A stretch of DNA of 64,000 bases, from positions 1,240,001-1,304,000 of the forward strand of contig NW_027191417.1 of the NCBI RefSeq assembly GCF_041146345.1, written 5' to 3'. The DNA comes from Neodothiora populina (lineage: Eukaryota). Below are positions 11,625 to 24,836 of the stretch, one piece after another (the stretch's first letter is position 1; every line of letters begins with the position of its first letter). The notes under the pieces are model-generated. The model saw nothing but the letters and a program-made list of their open reading frames with translations, searched no databases and was not told the origin of the DNA. The translations under genes and the position numbers were made by a program.

Positions 11625-13110
11625 GTCTGCAGGGCCACTGCAAGGTAGGTATACAGCGTTCTCAAGCGATACTACCGTAGATCGAGAGAGCAGTGTCACG
11701 CTGGTGTGTTATACAGTGTATGGCACATAGACTCAAGAAGAGAATTGTGCTAGAGACGGCAATGGCAGCAGCATACTGCGAGAGGAGCTGTACAGGTATA
11801 ATAATGGTAGGACATCACCCCGCACCGGGTCATTGGTGCATGCTGAGGGCATGTTCGTCACAAACAATTAGGTTTTGGCGTTCTCATGTCAAATCAGCTT
11901 ACATTAGGTATACGCATAACCGCCATGTCAGATAACGTTCAGTGACTACCATGGCAGGCTGACAAGATGGGGCTTTACATTTCAGGAAGAGTACAGTGCT
12001 GTTTGAGCCTCGGAGCGTAGATCAATTATAGAGCTATAGGGCCGCCCCGCGTCCAGCCAGAGCGATGTTCACGTATAACTGCCGATTCTTGTGCGGCATG
12101 ATTAGACGTTGTGCGTGGAGAGCTCGGTAGGTACCTTACTTGTGTGTTACCACGAGCAGTCTGACGCGATTCACAGGATCTGGAAATTGGCCGAGGCACA
12201 TCGAGCGGCTCTGCTTTCGTGATTGGGCTGCTGCAGGCCGGCAGTAGCGGCGGAAGGCTCGCTCGGACCTACCGACGCGAGTCAGAGAGAGCCGAGGTGG
12301 TGTTCCGCGCGAATCCGCATCGAGGGCAGATGGCAGCGAGAGAGCCGAGTGGTTTGTGAAAGGCTTGTATGCAGTGATGTTCAGGTTTATCCCCGAGACG
12401 GCCGCACAAAAGGTTCAATGGACTCAGGCTTGTACTTGTATGCAATGCGACAAGTGGAGTTGGGGAACATCTGCCCACAGAACACGAAGACACAAGGCAG
12501 ACGCCAGAAGCGCGGAAAAGCCGCAATGGAAGGACGCACAGACGCCAACGGCACTGACTTGATTGGCGCACAGTCAGGTTGTCTGGGCTGGCTGGCTTGA
12601 CATGACCGAGATTCGAGCGCCCCAGGGTAAAGATCGGCAGAGAAAGGAAGAGAGTGGAAAGGACGTGTGAGACGGTGGACTCTGATGCTGGTGTTGTGCT
12701 GCTTGTGCTGCTTGCGCTACTTGCGCTATTCTGTGCTCCAAAGTAAAGTCGATGAACCTGACTCGACGCCTGCCTTCACTATCCCCTGCTGCTTCTTCCT
12801 TTCTTGATTTTCTTCGTCCAGTCGCAACTTCCACCACGACGCTCGGTAGCCAGGTGCAGATTCCGTCGCGTGTGTGTTATTTCCCCAGAACCAAAATTGA
12901 CCCATTCCACCTCAAGGACCAGCAAACGCGACAATTGCACGCAGCCGTGTGGACGTGTCAAACACACTCACCTTGTGCCAGCAAGCTTGACCACTGCATG
13001 ACTCGACCGTCTGACAAGATAGATACCGACAAACAAGATAACAAAAGCTGAGCTGCGCTGCGCTGCGCCTGCGCTGCACATTGCGTCTCTTGTCTTTTCT
13101 CTTCTCCGCA

Positions 13111-13804
13111 ATGGCTGCCTTGAATCCCTCTTCGGCATCCTACGAGACGACGCCTCCAGGCACCCATGAGGGTGACGGGAGTGCCTCAGGCACGACAACT
13201 CCCGCAGCTGCCGCCTCGACCGCCGCCGCCGCGTCTGCCGCCGTCAACGAAGTCTCCTCTCCCTACATGCCTGTGCAGAACGGGCGCAAGAGGAAAGCAG
13301 ATGGCACGTCGTCGCGTGGCGTGGCAAACCTCACTCCCGAGCAATTGGCCAAGAAACGAGCCAACGACAGGGAGGCACAACGGGCGATCCGCGAGAGAAC
13401 CAAGAACACAATCGAGAGTCTCGAGCGACGAATCAAGGAACTCGAGAGCCAGCAGCCTTTCCAGGAACTGCAGAACGTCATCCGCTCTAGAGATGCGGTG
13501 CAGGCAGAGAACGATGAACTCAAACGCCGCATGCAGAGCATCCTGACTCTGCTGCAGCCATTGGCGGCTTCACAGGGACTGAACGGTCAGTCGCGGCAGA
13601 CAAACAACGCCCTTCTTGCTCTCGCTGACCTTTCTGGCTCAGATCTCGCTGCTGCCACCGCACGACAGAGCCCTTTGCCCATGCCACCGCCGCCTCCTCA
13701 CGCTCCCATGTATCACACTCCGCAACAACCTCAACAGCAGCCACAGCAGTCACAGCCGCAACAACCGCCGCCGCCTCAGTCTCACTCACACACTGCCTCA
13801 CTCC

Positions 13805-13844
<40 letters not shown>

Positions 13845-15140
13845 ACCACCCCCCATGACTCAATCACAGCAACAGCAGCAGGCGCAACATCAGGCGCAAC
13901 AGGCACAACAACACCAACAACAACAACAACAGCAGCAGCAGCAGCTCCAGTACGAGAACCCTTTTTCTCAGAATCAAAATCACCTCCATCCCGATCTCCG
14001 AAATAATAATCACACCTCCTCCACCTCCTCCTCTCCTACCCCTCAACGTCCTCTGGCACCGCCGACTAATGGACATGTCCAGCATGAAATGAGGAGGTGG
14101 TCACCTTCCATCGCCCCAAGCACCGTCGCCCCACATCCCCTACAATATCCCTCACAAGGTCTTTCACAACAACAGCAACAACAACAGCAACAACAACATC
14201 AACAAATTTACGCATCAAATTATCCGGCCGACGATCAGTCGAGCATGTCGAGTCCCGTGACCGTCGAGGAGCGCAGACGTGACTTGGCACCTGTGTCCAA
14301 CGATGAATCCCTCTACACCCGACTTCCACTGAATACCGAACCGACGTGCACTCTCGACGGTGTCCTCAAAGGCTTCGAGGCTGAGCGACGCCGCGCTGCA
14401 CAGTCCGGCACTCCCGCTGCCTCTCTTGTCGGACCTGCTTATCCCTCAATCTCCTCGCTACTCAACCCTGAACGCGCCTCCCACTCGCATCCCCTCAGCA
14501 AGGTCTTCACAGACATCCTCAGCAAATTTCCAAGTATCAGCGGCGTTCCTGAGCAGGTCGCCGTGCTTTACATCATGTTTCTCATCATGCGCTGGCATAT
14601 CGCTCCTACCCAGGAGAATTTCGAGAGGTTGCCCCCTTGGGCGCGTCCAGTGCGGAGTCAGCTAGAGATAGCTCATCCTGCCTGGATAGACCATCTTCCC
14701 TGGTTTGTTCTTCTCCTGTCTTCTCCTCGATATTTCCTGACTCTGACTTGTGCATTAGGCCCCTCATGCGAGATCGAATGACACGCACTCAATCCCTGAC
14801 CACCTATCATTTCGACTCCTTCTTCATCCCTTTCACCACCACTCTTTCGCTGAATTGGCCTTATGAGCCTGACTCGTGTCTTCTGCCCACCAAAACCGCT
14901 TCCGCAGGCTCCACTCCCGGCCTTGAGAACAACGCATCTCCTGCAGCCGGAGGCGCCGCCATCGACAATGTCCTCGATGGCGAAGAGTTTTCCATCAACC
15001 CGGTCTTCGAAAGCCATCTGAGGAACCTGGGCAATTGGAGCTTGGGAACACCGTTCAGAAACGCGTTCCCTGACCTCGTTGATGACGTGCAAATAAAGGA
15101 TGAGAGACGACCTTCTCCTCTGCCTTTGCTCAACGAGTAA
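13111..15140 (+). CDS. bZIP transcription factor with polyQ linker and C-terminal DUF3425-like domain; introns 13586-13642, 14703-14758
   Basis: Basic region KKRANDREAQRAIRERTK plus zipper (IESLERRIKELE). C-terminal HPAWIDHLPW|PLMRD...LSLNWPY...INPVFESHLRNLGNWSLG. Confidence 0.88.
13808..13948 (+). repeat. CAG/CAA trinucleotide repeats encoding polyglutamine tracts
   Basis: About 11 CAG units at 13808-13842 and mixed CAA/CAG at ~13908-13945. A further CAA-rich tract lies at ~14167-14197. Confidence 0.9.
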
Positions 15141-15664
15141 AGTGCCAAGAAGAAAGAAAAGAGGAAACGTGACATGAGACGGGTCCGAAACCAAGGCGAG
15201 AATGGGAACAGTCCTCTCGACTGATTCGGGGTGCAAGACGATGAACAAATGTACAGACAAAGCCGTCAAGAGTCACTGTCCAGAGCCCACTACAGATTAT
15301 GAGTAAAGAGGCGCAACGAGGGGCTAAAATTAGAATAAAAATTACCATGATAACATGCAAACCACGCGAGGACCCCCATTTTGTTTTCAGAGTAGGGTCT
15401 CGAACAAATGGTACCTGGCTTATCATGCACGATACGGGGTGATGTCGAAGTGACGCGGTAATAACAGGCCCTATTCGTGGGTTTCCACATGGTATTTTTG
15501 ATTTTTTGGTGCTTTCCTTCTGCGCCCTCCGTCTTGTTGGTCAAAACAGACACCCTTGTCTATTCCTCCAATGGATGACACGAACCCCATAAAGTTGACA
15601 AGCTATACTTTTGAAACCCCTTAGCTACCAACAAAGAATAGTGAGAAACAACACGGAAAGAAGA

Positions 15665-17020
15665 CTACTTCTGAACCAAGCCCCTAAGACTCAAATCATA
15701 AACCACATCCTCGACCTCCTTGACTCTATACTTGACGCCATCACTCCTCTTCCTCAGCGCATCATTCTTGAGGTTCAGAATCTGGAAGCCCGCGTGCACG
15801 TTCTTGATAAACGACGCAATGGCCACGGGCATGGTGTAGTCGCCTTGCGTCACGCAGTTGCGCGCCAGACGCGATAGCTCGTCGATCAGCGAGATCAGAG
15901 ACTGCAGGTATTCTTCTATGGTTAGGTGGAAGGAGTCGGTGGTTTTGAGGTTTACGGGGACGCCCATGATGGCGCCGACTTGGTCGATTGTGAGGAGTTT
16001 GCCGCTGCCGCTGCTGCTGCTGGTCGAGGTGGCGTCGTTGAAGCCGCCTAGGTAGCCGGTGAAGAGGATGGAGAAGGACTTTTTGTTGGCGGGGATTTGT
16101 TAGCTTGACTGACTTCTTTGTCTTCGACTCTCGATGTATATTTGGTCATTCTTCTTCGCATCGATCGTGGCGAAGCAACCTATCTTCATTGCTTCGAACT
16201 CGAGTCAAGAGAGAAAAGAAAGTAGTCGAGGTTTAGCAGACACTATTGAAGAAGAACAGAATATAGCGTGGCGACAGCTGGGGAAGGAAAGAGACAAAAA
16301 AAAACCTACAGCGTCTTGGACCTGGCGCGTCCACATGCCATTGTACTTGTAGTAAGGATACTTAGATGCCGCCTTGGATAGCTTCTGAATCGAGTCTACC
16401 TCATGCTTGGTGACTGATTCTTCTGCAGCCGAGACCACATTCGACACTATATCATTGCCACAAATGAGACGTTAGACATTTGAGAGAATTTACCGACAAT
16501 GCTTGTGTTCATGATAGCCGGGCAACCTTGAAAGTCCCTCGAGGGAAGAGTGGCATTGGGGACACTTACACTCTGCCGACGAAGACGAATGCGCTCTCGA
16601 AAGGATCGCTTGGGTGGCTCTGTCTGGAACACGCAGACTGCGTCAGTAATTCATGCTCGACCATTGCCAATGAGATGGGCTCTCATGGCCATATCTGTAC
16701 TTGCCTTGTTTCTCAAGCGTCTGTACAATCTCACGTAGCGACTATATTCGATCAGCACATTTCTCTGTAGAGACAAGAGCAGAACAAACAAAAGAAAAGC
16801 ACCCGGATTCATAGGCTCAAGCAGTAGACATTGGCCTGACTTGTGTGGATACATATTGCAACAACCCGAAGTCTTTCAATCTCCTGGCCATCATGGCCCA
16901 GACTTTCTTATAAACGCATTCATTAAAAAAACTTACATCTCTGACTGCAGTGTCTTCGTCGATCTTCTGCTGCAGACTCTCAAAGATCTGAGGTTGTAGC
17001 ATACCCTGCGTGTTCGCCAT
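15665..17020 (-). CDS. TSN1: Translin (C3PO subunit), five exons
   Basis: QIFESLQQKIDEDTAVRD, ASKYPYYKYNGMWTR, FHLTIEEYLQSLISLIDELSRLARNCVTQGDY, LNLKNDALRKRSDGVKYRVKEVEDVVYDLSLRGL. Confidence 0.92.
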
Positions 17021-18109
17021 GTTTCCTCTCGCTCGGCCTTTTCGTCTCTTTCGGTTTGTTTGACTTCGAGTAGTATGTATTTGTGGAGATATTTCTACTG
17101 GGTTCGTATCAAGTGGCCTCAAGGTATATTGTCAGACACAGCAAGTTGGAGATGGTTTACTGTATGGCTTGGCGGACGTCGTTCTTGGGATTTTTTTTCT
17201 CCGCGTTTTGGAGAAAAATGTCAAGGTAGGCTGGCTGAGACAATGATGATGATGATGATTTATGGTTTCTGGTTTATACATGAATATGGCATTATCCTGA
17301 ATTCGGTAATGATGAGAGTGTACAGGAGTGGGACATGCGAGAGTCAAGTGATTGTTGCGGTATCCTCTAACCGGACCGGAGATGAGTTGCAAACATCTCG
17401 GAGTGCCTGCCTTAGAACAGACGTACAGTACATCACCTAGTCAGAGGTATCATCATAAAGCTTTGAACTTGCAAATCCATTATCACGATGACAAGCATTT
17501 GAACCACAGGTAGATCGCGATAAGAGTCTCTGCTTGGAAGCAGTATACGGAGGCTCTCATCAGCAGCCTTTCGATGCAGGACTTGAGGTCACAAGACAAT
17601 ACTCGGGGGAGATTGTACGAACAGGCGAAGGTCCAGTAGGTTTTCCTTGAGTCTTCACACATGAGACGACGCCTGTCAGTCTTTTGAGACCGAGCCGAAT
17701 AGAGATTGCCATTGCCCCGTTGCGAGCGACACGGCATAGCTGGGCAGATCGAAACGAGCTCATAGATATGATCGAGCGGTCCATCTCCACATCATGGATG
17801 TGAATGTATTCTCTTGAGGAGAGTTCTCCCTCCGAAGACATCGCCGTAAGATACACAAGAACGCCATAAGTGTGAGAGGGGATTTGTGCCAGAAGCCCGC
17901 GACCTGCGACCTGCGCCTGAATCCGTTTCCGACCATATCCGACCAAAGCATACCCACATCTCCTGAAGCAGTTTCGAAACATGACAGCGCTGGACATCGA
18001 CACACGAGGGTCGTGATTGGTTGATTGTTTTTATACAGAATCTTTCTTGATGCTGCAGTCTTTGCTGCACATCATAGGTAGACAAGAGCGGTAGGCGCTA
18101 TCGAGCAGT

Positions 18110-18503
18110 TTACCTGCCACCCATGAGACCGCCAGACTGAGCCATGGCAGCGTTCTGTTCCTGGAACCTCTGTCCGAGGCGCTCGGAGCTCTTGAGAGAC
18201 TTGTCGACGCAGCGCATGACGCAGCTCTCTTCCTTAGAGGTGACCTTTGCTGAGGTGAAGTCGTCGACGCAGCTCTCGAAGCACTTCTGGACCAGATTGG
18301 AGTACATCTATGGGCTTGAGTCAGACTCTACACAGACAGTGAAAGAGAGCAACAAGGAGGACTTGCGTTCATGAATTGAGACATCTGCTTCTTCTCCATG
18401 CGCATTTGTAGCTCGCGCTGCTCTTGGTTGTTGAGTCTAACACCCAGAGAGTCAATATCTGCCCTCGGAGTGTGGCGTGTGTGGTGGATACTCACTGATC
18501 CAT
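18110..18503 (-). CDS. TIM9: Mitochondrial intermembrane-space small Tim chaperone Tim9, three exons
   Basis: [43 protein letters not shown]...[11 protein letters not shown] with the twin CX3C motif. Confidence 0.93.
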
Positions 18504-20055
18504 TATGAGAGTTTGCGTGTCACGATTATTTGTCGCGAGAAATAGTAGTGTTGAGAAGCTTGTAGGTTGACCTCTTTCACAGCACAATAAATGGTATAGA
18601 GCTTGGCACGGGATGCCAAAAGTTCATGTTGCACTTGCAGACTTCGAGTGACGGAAGCTGCAGTGCTCGGACCAATTATGACCACGGACTACCGCAATAT
18701 ACGACAACGGTGTGGTGGCTTTAGTGACCGGACAATACGCCACAGCATTATCTAGCTAAGGTACACATGATAGAGTAGATGATGGAGCAAGGTTCCAGTA
18801 ATTAATATACACCAAGGAGCGAGGGACAGCACCGAGGTGCACATCATCGCTTCTGCACAAGTATGAGGTAATTATACATACTGTACTGTACAACAAATGA
18901 TCCAGCTGCACTCGCAATTCATGTTCCAGATCGAGCCCCATCCGATGATCTCACAGTGTATATTCACAGATTGCTGTGTAAGATAATGCTCCTTCCTCGA
19001 CATCGGCATCAGGATCAGGTTCAGGATCTCGGTCAGATTTAGACTGCGTCACGGGGTCGAAGTGGGTCTATTTTTATAGTTGCACGCCCTGCACGCGCTG
19101 CTCGAGGGGAGCTAATGCCAGCGTTCAGGCTGTGCAGTGCCTCGCGATAGGGGGAACAAGTAGGCCAGAGAGTACTGTACTGTATTATTGTCTCTCTTCT
19201 CTCAATTTCCTCCACACTCTTCTCCGCATTCCTGACATCAAGTCAAACCCAGTAGCCTGGCTAAGCTCAGCAGGGCTTTGACCTCGTCTTGCGTGAGTTG
19301 AGTGTTGCTGTATACACCTTGGGGGAAAAGAGCCCAGAGCAGCTCTTCGAGTTCGAGGATCCGACCAAAAATCACAAATCCTCATGATCGCTGCGCTTCA
19401 TCGATAAAGCCATCTCTCGGTTCGGTGCACGTACGTGCCGCCAAGCCAAATATAAACGACGACCTCTGACGGGACAAATCTCCTCAAACCTCAACGAAGC
19501 GCAAGCGACGTCGCTTGGATTTCTTGTTCTCGTTCTCGTTCTGGTTCCTGTTCTTGTTCCTGTTGCTGTACTTGTCGACTCTTGACGCGAGCAGACGTCA
19601 GTCGCTCAACCACCTCACTCACTCAGAGTCAAGCCAAGTCAAGTCGCACTTCCTGAACCAATCTTCCCTTTCCCTCCGATTTCTTTCATTTCACGCTTTG
19701 ACGGCCCGCGAACCAACGCCTTGACCCGTCTTTGTCTCATCTGCTCTGGTGTTTTGCGACAACATCTCCAGTACCACGACAATCCCCTCGCAGCTCCTGG
19801 CCCATTCTCACCTGCACTTGACTCGTTGCGCCGCCGGTCGTCCGTCATCATCGATCCATTGTTCGATACTTTTATTCACTCGAGACCTTGCACATGCAGA
19901 TATATCCACCTCTGACCCCTCTCCACCTCCCACCAAATCAACAACGTCCGTCGTGGTCGTTGTCGTCGTGCCGGCAATCCGCTTCTTCGTGGACGGCATC
20001 GTCTGAGACGAGCTGCATCGCAACCGCGCAATAGTGCGCCAGGTCTGAACCCGGC

Positions 20056-22666
20056 ATGACCACTGGGCATACGACGCCGGCAACCATGGCACAACCCACC
20101 ACGCCTGGACCTAGGCCTACCGTCACGTCGACGCCGGAAGTCGCTCAGTCCAAGCGCGATCTGACTTCGTGGTGGAGGACCTTTAAGCGTGGCAACCCTT
20201 CGAGACCGCAAGAAGACAAGGGTAAGATCCATCACAGTCCATCCTCATCATACTTGTACACCGGCTGACCACATTCCACACGCGCAGGCCTTCAAGGCAT
20301 CTTCGGTGTGCCGCTCCATCAGAGTATAAGATACGCCAATGTCGCCATCTCCTTGTTCAACGATGAAGGTGAAAGCTACATCTACGGTTACGTGCCCATC
20401 GTCGTCGCCAAGTGCGGTGTCTTCCTCAAAGAGAAGGGTGAGGCGTGACGTTCCTGACTTATATTTATACCCTCGCCTGACGAATTGCGTAGCTACCGAT
20501 GTCGAGGGCATCTTTCGACTCAGCGGCTCCGAGAAGCGCATCAAGGAGTTGAAGCTCGCTTTCGATTCCCCAGACAGATATGGCAAAGGACTCGACTGGA
20601 CTGGATACACTGTGCACGATGCCGCAAACATCCTCCGGAGATATTTCAATCAGCTGCCAGAGCCCATCATCCCTCTTGATTTCTACGAGCGCTTTCGAGA
20701 CCCTCTACGCAATCACCAGGCGCAAGCTGTTGGACCAATGGATCTCCAGGCGCCCAGCATCGGCCACTTCGACCCGGCCGAAGCAATCCGCGCTTACCAG
20801 ATGTACATCACCGAACTGCCTTCTCTCAACCGTCAACTTCTTCTATACATTCTTGACCTGCTCGCTGTCTTCGCCTCCAAGTCCGATCAAAACAAGATGA
20901 CCACCGCCAATCTCGCCGCCATCTTCCAGCCTGGCATCTTATCGCATCGTCAGCATGACATGGCCCCGGCGGAATACAGGTTGAGCCAGGACGTCCTCAT
21001 CTTCCTCATCGAGAACCAGGATCACTTCCTAATTGGTATGCACGGCACAGAGGCCGACGAGAAGACTGTGAGGGACGTGCAAAGCGCTTCCCAGAGCCCC
21101 AGAAACTCTTCCCCGACCACACCCCAGAGATCCAAGACCGTCATTGGTCGGTCTGGGTCGAATGCTAGCGCAGGCGCGGACAGTGTCCGAAGGTTTGGTA
21201 ACTTGCGACGAAACGTATCCGTATCTTCAAAGACATCGAAACATTCCACTGTCAACAAGACGCCTGTCACCCCGACTGCGATCCCCGCGAACGTTTCTGG
21301 AGGGTTGGGTCGCAGTAACACTGTGCCATCCAAAAGATCTGGTGCTTCGTCACGATTCCACCATCGCGAGAAACATGTCGACTCACCTTCAACACCTAGT
21401 CCCAGCGTCCACCCAACCGTAAATACGACATTGCCTAGGAGCAACGAATCTGACGAGAGCACACCTATCGCAACCGTCCCTCCATCTGGTCTCGAATCAT
21501 TGGTCGCAGCGACTGCAGCACCAGCACCCCCAGAGGTGATTTCGGCGTCTTCTAGCGAGGCCACAACGCCCCTCGCAACCGCTGATAGTGACGCTTCGTC
21601 AACCGCGAGACTGACTTCTCCGGAACACCAGATCGTCGAGAGGATTGCCCACCCCTTGGCTGCAACTCCCAAAAGCTCTGCACTGAGTCCAGTTGCCGTC
21701 ATCCATGAAGACGCGAGAGAACGCTCTCCGTCGGGCAATGCGACCCCGACTCGTGCATTCCTTGACATTTTCAAGCCGTCCCCGACAAGCAGTGATGATG
21801 GTCGGAGAGAAGGTCGCCGTAAGCTGCAGAAGAAGCGCATTCCTGGAAGTTCATTGTCAAGCGCGCAAAGCTCCGCGCACTCGCTCCAGCACGGCACAGA
21901 TGGAACCGATGAGCAGCGTCTGATCTCCCCGGGGTCGCCAACGTTCGACGCAAAACCTGGAGAGTATGACCATGAGCACGGCTTGGAAGGCTCAACGTAT
22001 GCCACAGCTCAGACGTCCCCTCGCATGGCAACTCCACAGCGGACGCAGACAGATTCGACGCTGCGACCTGCACTGTCACCTTCACACTCGTTCCACACGG
22101 ACCATGATATGACGGACATGTCGGACGCAGATTATGCTACAGATGCCACCCATGGGTCCTCCGGTACCCCTGCAGATGCAGGCAAGAAGAAACGCCGTTG
22201 GAGAATTTCGCAACCGCCGACCCGTAGTCGGGACGCTGCAGACCAGGTCATGCAGTCCCCACAACGAAACATTGGCAACTTGACTGGCGCCGATCAAAGC
22301 AAATCTACGGTTGGTAGCAGTGGTGCTGGTGGTCGACCTCGTCGAAATTCGCAAGACCTAGCTGGACCATCGCATGCTGCGACGGAACCTGCAGAGGGAG
22401 TGTTGTCTGACGGTGATGAGCGTAAGAAGGGACCGATGTCATGGATCCGCGGGAAGATCGCCGAGCGAAAGGAGCGACAAGATGAGAAACAGAGGGCACG
22501 TTCACCCTCCAAGATGGACGCGAATCTCTCCAGACAGAGTCTTGCGTTAGAGGTGCGAGGCAAGAGCATCGACGTACCACGGCAACGTAGTCGAGCTTCT
22601 GCGCGATCGGATGTGGACAAGCTTGAAGAAACGTTGGAGGAAGAAGATGAGCAGAAGCCAGCTTGA
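20056..22666 (+). CDS. Rho GTPase-activating protein (Sac7-like); exons 20056-20221, 20289-20437, 20493-22666
   Basis: GIFGVPL...YGYVPIVVAKCGVFLKEK|ATDVEGIFRLSGSEKRIKEL (arginine finger), HDAANILRRY, NKMTTANLAAIFQPG, then a long S/T/P-rich tail. Confidence 0.9.
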
Positions 22667-24836
22667 TCTCCGCACTCATAGTAGATTGTATAAGCATCTT
22701 GTCGTCCTTTTACCATGTCTTGTACAATTGTCGCGCACTTCAAACAGTCACAGGGGCGTCGATCAAACGTGTCCGCGCAAGTCTAAGCCCTGTATTACGT
22801 CCTTGTCATCCCAAATCCACTAGGAAGAATTTCATAAATAGGAACTGCGGAGATGTGGGTATGGGGTATCTGATGTCGCATTGACCTCGACTTTTGTTGA
22901 TCAGCAGCGAACAAAGCTCAGACTTCGGCAGATCCGTATAAAAATTAAAGCTGCTCTCATTACCCCTGCCGCCCAAGGACGATGGATGTATCTCGGTCGA
23001 CACGAGTACACTTCCCGCAGCAAACCCTGGTAAGGCCCCTGTCTGAGTCTGAGGAGTATTACGAGACGTCGGTGAAGCGAATGTCCGAAGCTGTAGCTTT
23101 TTTGGGAGCCGTTCAGGAAGTGTGTTGACACTGTACGAGAAGTTGGGGTCGGTCGTGACTGGAGATTATCCCAGCCTTTTCACCGTCGAACACATGATCC
23201 AGGAGTTTGTACGGTCGTGCAGATATGTAGAGTCGGTTCAAGCGGGGTAAGACCGTTCTGTGCAGGCCATTGCATATGTGTGTAGAATTACCATGCAGTA
23301 GGAGGTCTTGTCACCTGTAATTCCCAGTATGTCGTTTGCAGTTGGCTTTGGCCATCGAATCATTTGCGCTTGGAGAAACTCTATTAACAGAGACTGGAGC
23401 GGATCTGATCGACCCGAGAGTCTACAGCACAGTACAGTACCTTGCCTTACCTTACTGTGCCTCATCCTCTAGTGAGGGACCTTACCTGTGTTTTAACCTT
23501 TTCGGGGGTTGAGCCCGCCAGAAGCAGGAGCCGCGTCCGGCAAAGCCACCCGTGACCTTGTCTTTACGTTTGGGATTTCCCAAACCATGGCATTATTACT
23601 TTTTGAACTTCTTTAATGAGCCACTCTCTGATCGTATCGGGCCTTTGAGCACGACACGTGGGATGGCTCAACCCAGGGCTAGCACGACCGTTTACCGCCC
23701 CAGCTTCGTCAGCATTCCTTATGAAGACGCCGCGACGTCAGAGGCTATGTGCATTCGTGTCTGGTCACTGCCTTGCGGATACAGGGTCCAGTGTCTTGCA
23801 TTGATGAAGATTGCTGCCTGTCCTACTCAAAACGAACGTCGTACATCTAGTAACCGGAATGGCACGACGACTACCATGTCTCTGTTCCGTCTACGCTATG
23901 GTCTTGGTACTGTTGATGCGCACAACATGCGACTGCTTCTGGTAATCCGTCGGGAAGTGAACCTAGTGCAAGGCCAGGAGTGATAGTGTGTTAGGTAGGC
24001 TACATGCAAACGCCGCCGCTGGAACGGTCCGTCGATACGGTTTTTTCCTCTCAAACCTTCTCGCACTATCGCTTCCTCCGGCTGACCGTCCGCGAAATTC
24101 CTTTCCAAGCACGATAGGTAACGCTTCTCGATCCCATAGCTCTAGGGCTGTCACGTCAGCTAGACTGGGACAAATCAGCTTACCTGGACCAAAGTGGGTC
24201 CTCGATAACTGGGCGCGATTGTTCTTTTGGCCGTTCAAAGCGCTTTGATATGGAGAGAAAGGCGCTTGCTGTTAACAAATGCCATCATAGGGCCCACCCT
24301 CCCCTTGGGGCTCTTGGAAAGGAGGCAATTATTATATGTCGAGTAGTCGACCTCAATGTCTTGACTGTAGGAAACTGCAAGTCCATTCCTCGCCTCTCTC
24401 TCATCACCGTTGTTTACTTTCGTCCTATCTTTCCCGACTCAGAGTTTGACTTTGTTTCTTGTTCCTTTACGTCTCGGATCTGGCTTCGGAACCTCGAAGC
24501 TTTTGTGTCCCTTACATTGCCATTGTTTCCTGAAAGCGTTTTCCTTTTCCACTATCTGTAATCTTCGTTGTTGTGTTCCTCTCTTCGCGCTTTCCCAAGA
24601 GCGTACAGCTGCAATTTCCTTCAGACAATGACCGTCGGGTCTGTCTTGGTCGTGTGAAACTGATTTGTTCCCCCACTCTGGGTGATTCTGTATGTGCAAA
24701 GCCGTTATCATCGTCATCCTATGATTTCCAGCAATTGAGCTGACAACCGTCGAGTACGATAATAGATTTTACTATATCTGTGAGAACAGTATATTGATCT
24801 TCAAACCAAAAAGCCTTCTGTTTAGATAAAATCATT

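Noticed and set aside
12680..12735. 9-bp repeat-like TGCTGCTTG/CGCTACTTG run considered as a RiPP precursor or signal peptide
   Set aside because: No ORF with signal peptide, KR sites and repeated cores. It is simple low-complexity leader sequence.
17440..18090. Several short ORFs between translin and TIM9
   Set aside because: No consistent frame or splice model. At most an unrecognisable relic.
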